NCBI GenBank assembly: GCA_903861715.1
Contig: CAIOVI010000019.1
Coordinates: 5,936-69,935 of the forward strand
Direction of reading: 5' to 3'
DNA length: 64,000 nucleotides
Source of the DNA: an uncultured bacterium
Lineage (GTDB): Bacteria; Patescibacteriota; Minisyncoccia; Moranbacterales; GWC2-37-73
The notes beneath the pieces are model-generated. The model was not told the origin of the DNA and searched no databases. It saw only the letters and a list, made by a program, of their open reading frames with translations. Positions within the stretch are counted from its first letter, which is position 1. Each line of letters opens with the position of its first letter. Made by a program: the position numbers and the translations under genes. Positions 1 through 9,862 of the stretch are shown here, piece after piece.

Positions 1-1
1 G

Positions 2-400
2 TTGGGAGTTGAACGAGGTTTGTTGTCTGTGCTTTTATCTGCTTTTGAGAATCAAGTGCTTGAGGATGGAAGCTCAAGGACAGTGCTTCACTTTAAACCT
101 GAAATAGCACCAGTTCAAATAGCAGTTTTTCCGCTGATGAAAAATAAAGAAGAATTAGTTGAAAAAGCAAAAAATATTTTTGAAGATCTTAAACAAAATT
201 TTCGTTGCGAGTTTGATGACAATGGCAACGTGGGCAAGCGCTATCGTCGCCAAGATGAAATTGGCACTCCGTTTTGCGTGACCGTGGATTTTGAAAGTTT
301 GGAAGACGGAGCTGTGACGGTGCGTGACCGCGACACCATGGTCCAAGAGCGCATCAAGATTGCCGATTTGCAGAAATACTTTGGGGAGAAACTGAAATAG
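2..400 (+). CDS. glyQS: glycine--tRNA ligase, C-terminal anticodon-binding part (5' truncated by window edge)
   Basis: The translation carries a class II GlyRS C-terminal signature (GKRYRRQDEIGTPFCVTVDF...VTVRDRDTMVQERI). The ORF runs to the window start. Confidence 0.7.
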   Translation: MGVERGLLSVLLSAFENQVLEDGSSRTVLHFKPEIAPVQIAVFPLMKNKEELVEKAKNIFEDLKQNFRCEFDDNGNVGKRYRRQDEIGTPFCVTVDFESLEDGAVTVRDRDTMVQERIKIADLQKYFGEKLK

Positions 401-486
401 TAACTAGTAATCGTTAATTAGTAACTAGAGAATGGAAAATTAATCCAAAAAGAAACCCCTGGATAATTTTTTAGTAGTAGCTTTTC

Positions 487-1326
487 ATGTTGAGCGCAAT
501 CCTGATTTCAATCGGAACATTTCTTGAAGAAATTTCTGACTCAATTGGCAAAATAAAAGTTAATGATGGGGAAGAAAGTGTTTTTGTCATGGCATTCCTG
601 AGTCTTTTTTGGAGCGCTGTTTTTTATATTTTGATTTGTATTTTCAAAAGTGAAGTTTTCGTTTTTAACTTTGCCTCGTTGCCGACTTTTATCATCAGAA
701 CCCTTTTGGAAATAATTCAACTCTATGTTTTAGTATTAGCGATAGCTGATGCTGATCGTTCAGCATATAGTTTTGTGAGAACAGTGACAATCCCATTGCT
801 GCTTCTGATTGATTTTGCGCTGGGCTATAAAGTTGTTCTGTTGTCTGTGATTGGGGTGGCTGTAGTTTTGATTGCAATTTTGTTGTTGTTTATTAATAGG
901 AAAATTGAGAAAAAGGGAATGGGACTAGTCATTTTTTCGGCGATAAATGCAGTGGTGACAATTTCTCTTTTCAAATATGACACAACTCATTTCAATTCCT
1001 TGGTGGCTGAGCAGTTGAGCATTGTTTTAATTTTGCTGGCGTTTTTTGCGCTTGTTTCGATATTCAAAAATAAGGAAAATCCTTTCATTTTTTTGAGCAA
1101 GCCAATTTTCTTTCTGCAATCATTTTCAGTTGGACTCGGTGGCGTTGTTGAAAGTTTTGGCTATAGTTATGGCGTAGCTTCAATTGCGACTGCGGTGAAA
1201 AGATCTTCAGCCTTGCTCTGGTCTCTTTTGACTGGAAAAATTTATTTCAAAGAAAAAAACATAAGTTTGAAATTTGCGATAATGTTCTTGCTGATCATTG
1301 GGCTTGTGCTAATGTCTTTAGGGTAA
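487..1326 (+). CDS. multi-pass integral membrane protein (DMT/EamA-like fold suspected)
   Basis: 279 aa with about 9-10 hydrophobic helices. No catalytic motif was recognised. Confidence 0.45.
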   Translation: MLSAILISIGTFLEEISDSIGKIKVNDGEESVFVMAFLSLFWSAVFYILICIFKSEVFVFNFASLPTFIIRTLLEIIQLYVLVLAIADADRSAYSFVRTVTIPLLLLIDFALGYKVVLLSVIGVAVVLIAILLLFINRKIEKKGMGLVIFSAINAVVTISLFKYDTTHFNSLVAEQLSIVLILLAFFALVSIFKNKENPFIFLSKPIFFLQSFSVGLGGVVESFGYSYGVASIATAVKRSSALLWSLLTGKIYFKEKNISLKFAIMFLLIIGLVLMSLG

Positions 1327-1422
1327 TCCTTCTTGTAATACATTTCCAGCTATGTCTATTCACGCTTGTGCGTCCAAAACCGTGAAAAAGGGCTATTTTT
1401 TGACATTTTTTCACGGTTTTAT

Positions 1423-1450
1423 TGACAAAAACGTGAAAAAGGACTATAAT
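1423..1450 (+). promoter_or_regulatory. near-consensus sigma70-type promoter (TTGACA-16-TATAAT) overlapped by cgtgaaaaag direct repeats
   Basis: ttgaca sits at 1423-1428 and tataat at 1445-1450, followed by GGAG and the ATG at 1459. The decamer cgtgaaaaag occurs at 1381 and 1432, with an inverted copy tttcacgg at 1410. Confidence 0.55.
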
Positions 1451-1458
1451 GGAGTTGT

Positions 1459-2346
1459 ATGACAAGAATAACCAGCGGTTACAAAAAAATAATTTCCTTG
1501 CGGGAAAGATATCACAAAGCGGCTCATGGCAAAGAGGCGCTGCTTAAAATTATTGCTGAGGTGGAAGTTGCTGAGCAGGTTTACAATTCCAACGCCATTG
1601 AAAATAGCACGTTGACCCTTGAGGAAACTGAAAAAATTCTTTTGCAAATTGATTTGGATCGTTACATTTCCGAGCGAGAAATTTTTGAAGCCAAAAACTT
1701 GGCGCAAGTTGTTTCCTATATCGATAAGCGCGCCAAGGAGCAAGAGCTTTCCTTGGAAGTGATTCTATTACTTCACAAAATGTTGATTTCCAATATTCGT
1801 GATGAAATTGCGGGCAGGTTCAGAAAAGAAAATGAATTTGTGCGAGTTGGAAATTATATTGCTCCTGCTCCACAAGAAGTTTTGGGTCGACTTGAAAAGA
1901 TGCTGGTGACCTACAACGCAGAAAGTCATGAAAATATTGTCAGGCGAATTGCAAAACTGCATTTGACGTTTGAAAACACCCATCCCTTTTGTGATGGCAA
2001 TGGTCGCATTGGCAGGGCTATTAATAACTATCTTTTGATTCGCGAAGGTTTTGTGCCAATTAGCATCAAATTTATTGATCGTCTGAAATATTATGCAGCG
2101 TTCAGGGAATTTGATCTGAACAAAGAAACGACGATTATGGAAGAAATTGTGGGCAAAGCGTTGACGAATAGTTATCATAAGCGCTTGGCCTATCTAGAAG
2201 GCAAGGAAATTGTGACTTTGGCTGAATATGCCAAAAGAAAAAAACTTTCTCATTCAAATTTGATCAACAAAGCCAACCGGCAAACTATTGAAGCTTTTCT
2301 CGAAAAAGGCATTTGGAAAATCGGGATTGATTTTGAGAAAAAATAA
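1459..2346 (+). CDS. Fic family protein (class II-like, with N-terminal inhibitory motif SNAIEN)
   Basis: Canonical Fic motif HPFCDGNGRIGR. An upstream SNAIEN sequence matches the (S/T)xxxE(G/N) inhibitory helix. Confidence 0.85.
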   Translation: MTRITSGYKKIISLRERYHKAAHGKEALLKIIAEVEVAEQVYNSNAIENSTLTLEETEKILLQIDLDRYISEREIFEAKNLAQVVSYIDKRAKEQELSLEVILLLHKMLISNIRDEIAGRFRKENEFVRVGNYIAPAPQEVLGRLEKMLVTYNAESHENIVRRIAKLHLTFENTHPFCDGNGRIGRAINNYLLIREGFVPISIKFIDRLKYYAAFREFDLNKETTIMEEIVGKALTNSYHKRLAYLEGKEIVTLAEYAKRKKLSHSNLINKANRQTIEAFLEKGIWKIGIDFEKK

Positions 2347-2349
2347 ACC

Positions 2350-2376
2350 TACTTCCATATATCCATTTATGGAAGT
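2350..2376. repeat. CCATATAT hairpin element (27-nt copy identical to the one at 14841-14867)
   Basis: tacttccatatatccatttatggaagt forms a 9-bp stem with an 8-nt loop. An identical copy lies upstream of comEC. Confidence 0.6.
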
Positions 2377-2586
2377 TGAGCTTGTGGGGTTATTTCTTAA
2401 GAAGAAAAAGATACTAACAAATTATTGGCTTGAAAATGAACAAGAGTATGAAAAAGAATCAAATTATCAGCCAAAATAGTTTCACGGAATTTTTACTTTA
2501 CACTACGCCAAATGGCAAAGTGAAAATGGTTAGTTCTATTTTGGAACATACCACCCAGTATGCTTTCAAGAGTAAGAAATAAAATT

Positions 2587-2709
2587 ATGAAACAATATAA
2601 TCAAAAATCACAAATAGTAATTTATAAATCGCTAACGGGGGAAACTAAGATTGATGTGCGTTTTGATGGTGGAACTGTTTGGCTGACTCAAAAAGAGATT
2701 TTTATATGA
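2587..2709 (+). pseudogene. RhuM-like (Fic-associated virulence-protein family) N-terminal remnant, about 40 codons
   Basis: MKQYNQKSQIVIYKSLTGETKIDVRFDGGTVWLTQKEI resembles the conserved N-terminus of RhuM family proteins. The frame stops after about 40 codons and overlaps the start of the next gene. Confidence 0.35.
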
Positions 2710-3206
2710 AAAGAATTTTAATTTTGGGCTCTGTTGGCTCTGGAAAATCAACTCTTGCTAGTAAGCTTCATGAAAAATTGAAGCTTCCTATAGTCTGCCT
2801 AGACCAATATTTCTGGAGGCCAAATTGGCAATCGACTGAAGATGGTGAGTGGCGTCAAAAAGTTGAGCAATTAGCTCAAACCCGGCAGTGGATTATGGAT
2901 GGAAATTTTTTAAATACCTTAGATATTAGGTTGCCAAAGGCGGATGCTGTGATTTTCATAGATTGCAATAGGTTCATTTGCCTTTATAGATTCCTTAAGA
3001 GAATTGTCTGGAGGAGAGAACAGGGTGTGATTGAGGGATGCCGAGAAAGTTTAAATATAAAAATGCTGATTTGGATTCTTTGGAAATTCCCGCAGTATTC
3101 TAGAAAAAATATAATTACTGAAATTGAAAAGGTAAAAGATAAGAAAAATATTTTTATTTTAAAATCAAACAATGATGTAGAAAAATTTTTATCTAAAATA
3201 AAATAA
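2706..3206 (+). CDS. P-loop NTPase, adenylate-kinase-like 'topology modulation protein' family
   Basis: Walker A motif ILGSVGSGKST at the N-terminus. Size and layout match the FlaR-like AAA family. The start was chosen at the ATG of MKRIL. Confidence 0.55.
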   Translation: MKRILILGSVGSGKSTLASKLHEKLKLPIVCLDQYFWRPNWQSTEDGEWRQKVEQLAQTRQWIMDGNFLNTLDIRLPKADAVIFIDCNRFICLYRFLKRIVWRREQGVIEGCRESLNIKMLIWILWKFPQYSRKNIITEIEKVKDKKNIFILKSNNDVEKFLSKIK

Positions 3207-3272
3207 ATTTTATTTTTATGTAGCCTTTATAGTTTTCAAAAGTCACCATTTACATGGTGGCTTTTTTGTGAG

Positions 3273-6200
3273 CTATTTTTTTATTTTTTTCTCCCACTTC
3301 TTCCCTTCAAAAGTTTGATAGAGAAGTGGAAAGATAATTAAAGTTAGCACGGTTGAAACGGAAAGCCCGAAGATGATTGCCCAAGCCAGTCCTTCCCAAA
3401 CCGGATCAGCAATAATGGTGAGAGACCCAAGGATAGCTGTCAGTGAGGTCAGTAAAATTGGTAGCAATCGAACGCGCCCAGCTTCCATGAGAGCCTGCGT
3501 GAGTTCCATGCCACGTTCCTTGAGTTCATCAAGATAAGCCAGATAGATGATCGCATTTTTCACCACGATGCCAGCCAGCGCGATGACGCCAATCATGGAA
3601 GTGGCATTGAAAAAAGTGCCCTTGATTGCGCCGAGAAAAGCAAAGCCGACCAGCACGCCAATCATCCCCAGGGGAATGGTGGCCATGATGAGCAAAGGCA
3701 CAACAAGCGAACGCAATTGAACAACCAACACGAAATAAATCATGAGCAGAGCCACGCCCATGGCGATGCCAAGATCGCGGAAAATTTCCAAGGTCAATTT
3801 CCATTCGCCATCAATGCGAACGTCAACTTTTTGTCCAATTGAATTTTCATAAGTCAGTCCCATGGGGGACCATGCAGAAATGTGACCAGTGCCATCGGAT
3901 AGTTTATAACTAAAAAGTTTTGGAAATAAATCAAAGATAGCATACATGACGCTGCGCGACCCCATTTCTCCGCTAACATAGACAACTTGCTGACGATTGT
4001 CGCTAGCAATTTCACTTTGTTGGGCTAGGGGTTTTTCAAGGAGTAATTCTGAAATAGGTACGGTTTGGCCAGTAGCGCTTTTAATGGTGAGGTTAGAGAG
4101 GCTGTTTGCGTCGGTGCGGTCTTGCGGTTGCATGCGCAGGATTACGAATTGTTGCTCAGCTTGACGGTCAGGGTAATTAATAATGTTCCTAAAGCGGGCT
4201 ACGTTAAGACCCGAAAGGGCAGTGTGTAATGTTTGAATGACAGTGGCGGGGGCAATGCCGAGTCGGCCAGCCTTATCGATGTCAACTTGATATTGTTTTT
4301 CAAAAGCTCGCTGGGTGATAGTAGTATTTAAATCAACAATGCCATCAATACTCGTCGCCATTTTTTCTAAATCTTGGGCGGTAGCATTAAGTAATTGCTG
4401 GTCGTCGCCTTGAATTTTCAGAAAGAAAGTGCTGCGTACTGGCGGTCCTGGCGGATCTTCCACGACCGTAATTTTTGCATCTGGTTCATCGCTCAAAACT
4501 TCTTGATTCAAAGTTTCTCGCAAGCTGAGCGCGATTTGTTCGGAAGTTTGCTGTCGCTGCGTGTGCGGGATTAAATTTATTTTCAGGGTTGCTTGATTTT
4601 CTTGGGCGCGCATAAAGCTTCCCTTGAAAAGACCATTGAAATCCGTAATGGGCGCCGTTGCAACAAAACTTTCTACACTAGTAATGTTTGGAAAATTAAG
4701 TGCACTTTTTTCAAGAGCCGATGCTACCTGGTTAGTTTTTGCATAGCTGATTGAATTTGGCATATCTAAATAAATGTAAAACTGATTTTTATTGGCTTTT
4801 GGTAGCATGCGAAATTGCACGATTCGAAAAATTGGCAAAAGCATTGAAAGCAAAAGCAACAGTGCGGCGCTGGCGAGCACGATATTTTTTTGACGTTTGT
4901 TGGTGGTGAGTTTGCCAATTAAGCCTGCATAGCTGTTTTCAACTTTGTGAATTATTTGCACAAAAATATTTTCTTTTTCTTCACTATGCGGAGAAGCAAA
5001 AATTCCAGTCAGTGCAGGATTGATGGTGAAAGAAATAAAAAGCGAAACCAGCAAGGTGACAGACACGAAAAAAGGAATTGGACTCATGTATGGCCCCATC
5101 ATCCCACTGACAAATGCCATGGGGATGAAAGCCAACAAAATTGTGATGGTCGACATCAACACGCCCATTCCAACTTCATCCACAGCGGTGATAATCAAAT
5201 CCGAGATTTTTTTGTCAGGATTATTTTTGATGGTTCGATGCACGTTTTCAATGATTACGATGGCATCATCAACCAAAAGTCCCAAGGCTAAAATCAGTGC
5301 AAAGAGCGTAATGCGATTGACGGTTTGGCCAGCTAGTAGGCCGATGCCGAAAGAGGCAAGCAGGGTTAGGGGAATTGAAATTGCTACAATCAAAGAATTT
5401 CTCAGACCCAAAAAAGCCATCAAAATCACCGTCACAATCACAATTGAAAGCACTAAATGTTTGGTGAGCGTGGAAATTTCTTCGCTGGCAGTTTCGCCGT
5501 CATCGCGCAGGACTGAGAATTTTACTGAGTCATATTTGTTTTGTTTTTGGACTTCGGCAAGTTTTTCGCGAACTTTTTCAGTCACACTACTGATATTAGC
5601 CCCTTTAATTTTTGCTAGCGTCACATAGGCAACTTCTTGGGAAGCAGCATTTTTTTCAGTGAAATGAACAGCATTGGTGATTTCGCCAGGACCAAAAGTG
5701 ATAGTTGCCACGTCTCCCAAAGTGAGTGGCTTGTCTTGGTTGGGAATTAGCACAATTCTGGCAGCGTCTTGCGCCGATGTGATGTTTCCACTGATGCGCA
5801 AAGTTTCCGCAGAGCCATTGTTTTTTAAAGATTCAGTCGTATAGATGCCATTGGTAGCCCCCAACATCCCGATGATATCGGAAATAGCTAGGTGATATTG
5901 CGACATTTTTGCGCTATCAAGTTCGATTTGTAAATTGTTTGTCAGCCCTCCGACGACAGAAACTTTCGAAGCTCCAGGGACAAGTTTGAGTTGGTCTGCC
6001 AAATCAAAAGCTAAACTTCGCAGGGCTTGAGGTGAACGTTTGTTCGAGGTCAGCGCAATACTGATGATTGGCACATCATCCGGGTCCATCGTCACCAGGG
6101 AAGGATCATTGGCTCCGATTGGTTTTTGATAAAGATTGTCCCGCAGCTTTTGAGAAATTGAAATTTTTGCATTTTCAACTGGCGTGCCAACTTTGAATTG

Positions 6201-6536
6201 AACCATGACTACACTTTGTCCGCCATCAAAGGAATGCGAAATGAGTTGATCAATGTTGGGAAGCTGGCTCACGACATCTTCCATTGGGCGGGTGACAAGC
6301 TCTTGAACCTGGTCAGCTGTTGCCCCGGGGAAGCTGGTTGTGATGACAAAGGCCGGCGCCACGATTTCAGGATTGTAGGCCTTGGGAATCAAAATGAAAC
6401 TGCCAACTCCCCAAGCGATGATGAAAAGCATGGCTAAAATATTCAGCTCTTTATTTTTAACAAAAACCTGAGCCATTTTTCCGGCAAAGCCTAATTTTTT
6501 CTGAGAGTTGTTTTCTGCTGGGTTAATTTGATTCAT
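3273..6536 (-). CDS. RND family efflux transporter permease (AcrB/HAE1-like)
   Basis: 1087 aa with 12-TM topology, two large periplasmic loops and typical AcrB-like sequence blocks. Confidence 0.85.
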   Translation of the reverse strand: MNQINPAENNSQKKLGFAGKMAQVFVKNKELNILAMLFIIAWGVGSFILIPKAYNPEIVAPAFVITTSFPGATADQVQELVTRPMEDVVSQLPNIDQLISHSFDGGQSVVMVQFKVGTPVENAKISISQKLRDNLYQKPIGANDPSLVTMDPDDVPIISIALTSNKRSPQALRSLAFDLADQLKLVPGASKVSVVGGLTNNLQIELDSAKMSQYHLAISDIIGMLGATNGIYTTESLKNNGSAETLRISGNITSAQDAARIVLIPNQDKPLTLGDVATITFGPGEITNAVHFTEKNAASQEVAYVTLAKIKGANISSVTEKVREKLAEVQKQNKYDSVKFSVLRDDGETASEEISTLTKHLVLSIVIVTVILMAFLGLRNSLIVAISIPLTLLASFGIGLLAGQTVNRITLFALILALGLLVDDAIVIIENVHRTIKNNPDKKISDLIITAVDEVGMGVLMSTITILLAFIPMAFVSGMMGPYMSPIPFFVSVTLLVSLFISFTINPALTGIFASPHSEEKENIFVQIIHKVENSYAGLIGKLTTNKRQKNIVLASAALLLLLSMLLPIFRIVQFRMLPKANKNQFYIYLDMPNSISYAKTNQVASALEKSALNFPNITSVESFVATAPITDFNGLFKGSFMRAQENQATLKINLIPHTQRQQTSEQIALSLRETLNQEVLSDEPDAKITVVEDPPGPPVRSTFFLKIQGDDQQLLNATAQDLEKMATSIDGIVDLNTTITQRAFEKQYQVDIDKAGRLGIAPATVIQTLHTALSGLNVARFRNIINYPDRQAEQQFVILRMQPQDRTDANSLSNLTIKSATGQTVPISELLLEKPLAQQSEIASDNRQQVVYVSGEMGSRSVMYAIFDLFPKLFSYKLSDGTGHISAWSPMGLTYENSIGQKVDVRIDGEWKLTLEIFRDLGIAMGVALLMIYFVLVVQLRSLVVPLLIMATIPLGMIGVLVGFAFLGAIKGTFFNATSMIGVIALAGIVVKNAIIYLAYLDELKERGMELTQALMEAGRVRLLPILLTSLTAILGSLTIIADPVWEGLAWAIIFGLSVSTVLTLIIFPLLYQTFEGKKWEKKIKK

Positions 6537-7650
6537 AGGGAGTTGTTACTGAGCCATTTAAGAGATATTGTTGACCTTCGACTGCAATTTTTTGATTTGC
6601 GCTAAGACCTTCAGTGACCTCGACCAGGCCATTATTCTCAGTGCTAGTTTTCAGGGTTTGTTCTTTAGCAACATTGTTTTCATCCAAAACAAAAACGACT
6701 TGGTCTCCACCGCGAGAAATGATCGCCTTTCTAGGAATCGAAATTGCTTGTCCGTCTCTTGAAACCATAATTTGTCCGCGCAAAAAATCGCCAAGGTCAA
6801 TAGCGTTATTTTCATTATTGAGATGAATACGGACAAGAGTTTTGAAATTGGCAGCATCACTGCCAGCAGCAATCGCTGTGACAATTCCTGAAAGTGGCGC
6901 GCCATTTGAAGTTTGCAAATTTGCAACATTTCCAACTGCGATATTTTTTCCATTAGTGGCTGAAACATAAGTTTCAATTTCCAAGCTGCTGGGAGTGCTG
7001 AGGCTAACAAGCGGCATGGAAAAATTTACAAAGCCACCTTCGCGACTATACACAGTCGTAATGATCCCGGCAAAAGGGGCAACGAGCGTAAAATTATTTT
7101 TGCCAGCGCTGGCGATGCTGGCTGAGCCTTGAGCTGCAATCAACTGATCTTTGGCTCCTTGAATTTGCAAATCTCTGGCGCGCTCGGCGCTTTGCACCGC
7201 TTCATCTGCTGAATCAGAAGGACTGGCATCTCTGTTAGTCCTAGCTTCGTCAACCAATTGATTGTAATATTTTTTGCTGTCACTCAATGTTTTTTCAAAC
7301 GCCGAAACTCCAGCGCTGGCAGCTGCAACTTGAGCGTCAATTTGTTCATTGCGAATTATCGCCAAGACTTCTCCTTTTTTAACTGTCTCTCCTTCATGTT
7401 TCAAAATTTTGACAATTGTTCCGCTTACTAATGGGGAAACATCAGCACGACTAGCTCCTCGGACGAAACCGGAAACTTCAATAATGGTGTTTTTGTCAGT
7501 CTGCTGAGTGAGGATGGTTTTGACAATCGGATTATTCGGTTTAGCCGTTTGGTTATTTCTATTTTTTAACACCAAGGTTGCCGTGAGAACAACTGCAACA
7601 ATAATTCCAGCAAGGAGAAGATATTGTTGTTTTGAAAAATTTTTCTGCAT
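6523..7650 (-). CDS. RND efflux periplasmic adaptor subunit (HlyD/AcrA family)
   Basis: N-terminal TM anchor, a coiled-coil central region and a beta-barrel C-terminal part. It overlaps the start of the permease gene by 14 nt. Confidence 0.75.
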   Translation of the reverse strand: MQKNFSKQQYLLLAGIIVAVVLTATLVLKNRNNQTAKPNNPIVKTILTQQTDKNTIIEVSGFVRGASRADVSPLVSGTIVKILKHEGETVKKGEVLAIIRNEQIDAQVAAASAGVSAFEKTLSDSKKYYNQLVDEARTNRDASPSDSADEAVQSAERARDLQIQGAKDQLIAAQGSASIASAGKNNFTLVAPFAGIITTVYSREGGFVNFSMPLVSLSTPSSLEIETYVSATNGKNIAVGNVANLQTSNGAPLSGIVTAIAAGSDAANFKTLVRIHLNNENNAIDLGDFLRGQIMVSRDGQAISIPRKAIISRGGDQVVFVLDENNVAKEQTLKTSTENNGLVEVTEGLSANQKIAVEGQQYLLNGSVTTPYESN

Positions 7651-7707
7651 GTTTTTTGATTTAAAAATATTAATTATCCAATTAAAAAAGCCTTGCGGCT
7701 GCTACAT

Positions 7708-7737
7708 TTGACATAATACCCCAGGGGGGTATATACT
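7708..7737 (+). promoter_or_regulatory. promoter with imperfect palindrome ATACCCC-N3-GGGGTAT in the spacer (putative operator)
   Basis: ttgaca at 7708-7713, then ataataccccaggggggtat, then tatata/tatact at 7730-7737. It lies in the divergent region between the RND operon and the DUF2892/ferredoxin/trx genes. Confidence 0.4.
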
Positions 7738-7797
7738 GTCAAGGTAGGAAGAGAAAGAAAATAAAAATAAATTAATTAATTTTTTAGCAATAATCAT

Positions 7798-7989
7798 ATG
7801 AAAAATGAAAATGGTTTGGATCGTGTGCTTCGATTTATGGTGGCGATAATATTGGTTGCTTTGGGATTTTATGTTACGGGAATTCTAAGTGTGGTCGCAT
7901 ATATCTTAGTGATTGTTATGTTTGTAACAGCAGTTTCAGGTTTTTGTCCTTTGTATAAAGTTTTCGGAATTAACACTAATAAAAAATAA
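7798..7989 (+). CDS. small membrane protein, DUF2892 (YgaP-like TM domain)
   Basis: 63 aa with two TM helices. LRFMVAIILVALGFY resembles DUF2892. Confidence 0.45.
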   Translation: MKNENGLDRVLRFMVAIILVALGFYVTGILSVVAYILVIVMFVTAVSGFCPLYKVFGINTNKK

Positions 7990-8010
7990 TAAAAATATAA
8001 AATACAAAAT

Positions 8011-8196
8011 ATGAGCAAAGTTAAAGTAGATTCAGCCAAGTGTCCGCAAGATCATCCGTGCCCACTAGTTGGAGTTTGTCCGGCTGGGGCAATCAGTCAG
8101 AAAGGATTTTCCGCCCCAACAATCGACGAAGTAAAATGCATCGCTTGTGGTCGCTGCGTCATGACCTGTCCTTATCATTGTCTTTCTTTTGAATAG
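8011..8196 (+). CDS. small Cys-rich ferredoxin-like / metal-binding protein
   Basis: Eight cysteines in two clusters (CPQDHPCPLVGVCP and CIACGRCVMTCPYHC). Confidence 0.4.
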   Translation: MSKVKVDSAKCPQDHPCPLVGVCPAGAISQKGFSAPTIDEVKCIACGRCVMTCPYHCLSFE

Positions 8197-8410
8197 GTTG
8201 GCGAGGTTTTGTTTTAAATGCTATAGTATTTAGGTGAAAGAGGGATAATAGTTTTCAAAAAATTCACCCTGTTAAATAATTTTAAATTTTTACTAAAATT
8301 TAAAATTAAGATTTGATTAACTTAAAAACAGGATGAGTGTAATTAATAAAATAATACAAATAAGTTTATTTTTTCGGTTAGGAAAAATCAAATCTTATTT
8401 CACAGGATAA

Positions 8411-8734
8411 ATGAGTCAAGAAATGGAATTTACAGATCAAAATTTTGATCAAGAAGTTATCAAAGCAAACGTGCCAGTGTTGGTTGATTTTTGGGCGCCG
8501 TGGTGTGGGCCATGCCAAATGATGGGACCAATCATTAAAGAATTGGCTGAGCAAATGGGAGAGAAAGCCAAAGTTGGGAAACTTAATGTGGATGAAAATG
8601 GTTCTATTGCTTCGCAATATGGCATCATGTCAATTCCAGCGCTGAAAATTTTCAAAGGCGGCAAAGTTGTCAAAGAATACGTTGGCGTGCAAGCTCTCGA
8701 AAATTTAAAGAAAGCGTTGGAGGAGTTGGCGTAA
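8411..8734 (+). CDS. trxA: thioredoxin
   Basis: WCGPC active site with a full thioredoxin fold-length sequence. Confidence 0.9.
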   Translation: MSQEMEFTDQNFDQEVIKANVPVLVDFWAPWCGPCQMMGPIIKELAEQMGEKAKVGKLNVDENGSIASQYGIMSIPALKIFKGGKVVKEYVGVQALENLKKALEELA

Positions 8735-8804
8735 AACATAGAGCATGTAACATAAAACATGTAGCATTAGAAATGCAATATACATTTTTTTAAAAAGCCA
8801 CTTT

Positions 8805-8832
8805 GTAGAAGGTGGCTTTTTGTGGGGCGAAA
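8805..8832 (+). terminator. rho-independent terminator after trxA
   Basis: agccacc / ggtggct stem followed by a T-run. Confidence 0.6.
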
Positions 8833-8857
8833 AAGATGCTATATTTAAGCTACTTGA

Positions 8858-9862
8858 ATGGAAAATGAGAAAATCAGAAAAATAATTCCGTTGCTCATTT
8901 TACTGATTAGTTTAGTGCTGATTGGGTTGTTTTTGGTGGGCAGGAAAACAGCTTCTTTCGAAAATGTTAAGACTGACGTGGTAGTTGAGAAAAAAGCGGT
9001 GGGTATAGCTAAGGCAGTAGCGCTAGCTGAGGTAGCAGGCTCAGTTAAAATTCTTTTTACGGGTGATATTATGCTGGACCGCTATATTAGACAAATTAGC
9101 GAAAAAAGGGGTGGCGGTTTTATTTTTGCTGGCGTCCAAGACCTACTAGTTAAAAATGATTTGGTGGTTAGCAATCTAGAGGGGCCCATTACGGATAATC
9201 CCTCGGTCAGTGTAGGCAGCGAAATCGGCGCCCACGATAACTACATTTTCACTTTCGACCCAATTGTCGCCAGTGAGCTATGGAAAAACAATATCAAGCT
9301 TGTCAATCTTGGCAATAATCATATTTTGAATTTTGGAGCAGACGGGTTGGCGCAGACCAAAGAAAATTTGCGCAGCAATAAAGTTGATTTTTTTGGTGAT
9401 CCGACTGGCGAAAAAAGAATTGCCACTTGGAACAAGAACGGTTTGAAGCTGGCTTTTGTCAATTATAATCAGTTTGAAAAAGATGGCATTGCTAAAGCGC
9501 TTGATAATATCAGTGCTGCCAAGCAATTAAATGTTGACGAAATTATTTTGTATGCGCATTGGGGAACGGAATTTGCAGCTGAGGCTGATGTGAAGCTTAA
9601 AGATTTGGCTCACAGTTTTATTGATGGCGGCGTTGATTTGATCATTGGCAGTCATCCGCACGTAGTGCAAAACAAGGAACAATATCGCGGCAAAATGATT
9701 TATTATTCCCTTGGCAATTTTATTTTTGATCAGTATTTCAGCCCTGAGGCCCAAAAAGGGTTATCCGTTCAAGTTGAAATTGATTCAAGAGATAAAAATT
9801 TTATTTTTATAGAATTTCCAGTTGCTATAAAAGGCAGCGGGCAAACAGTGATAAACTACTGA
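8858..9862 (+). CDS. CapA family protein (poly-gamma-glutamate synthesis-type metallophosphoesterase)
   Basis: N-terminal TM anchor plus typical CapA blocks (GDIMLDRY, NLEGPIT, HWG, GSHPHVVQ). Confidence 0.7.
   Translation: MENEKIRKIIPLLILLISLVLIGLFLVGRKTASFENVKTDVVVEKKAVGIAKAVALAEVAGSVKILFTGDIMLDRYIRQISEKRGGGFIFAGVQDLLVKNDLVVSNLEGPITDNPSVSVGSEIGAHDNYIFTFDPIVASELWKNNIKLVNLGNNHILNFGADGLAQTKENLRSNKVDFFGDPTGEKRIATWNKNGLKLAFVNYNQFEKDGIAKALDNISAAKQLNVDEIILYAHWGTEFAAEADVKLKDLAHSFIDGGVDLIIGSHPHVVQNKEQYRGKMIYYSLGNFIFDQYFSPEAQKGLSVQVEIDSRDKNFIFIEFPVAIKGSGQTVINY

Noticed and set aside
3529-6437. Several 80-200 aa ORFs inside and antisense to the RND permease gene (3529-3804, 4947-5628, 6198-6437)
   Set aside because: They are entirely embedded in a well-supported 1087-aa gene and are spurious antisense or alternate-frame ORFs.
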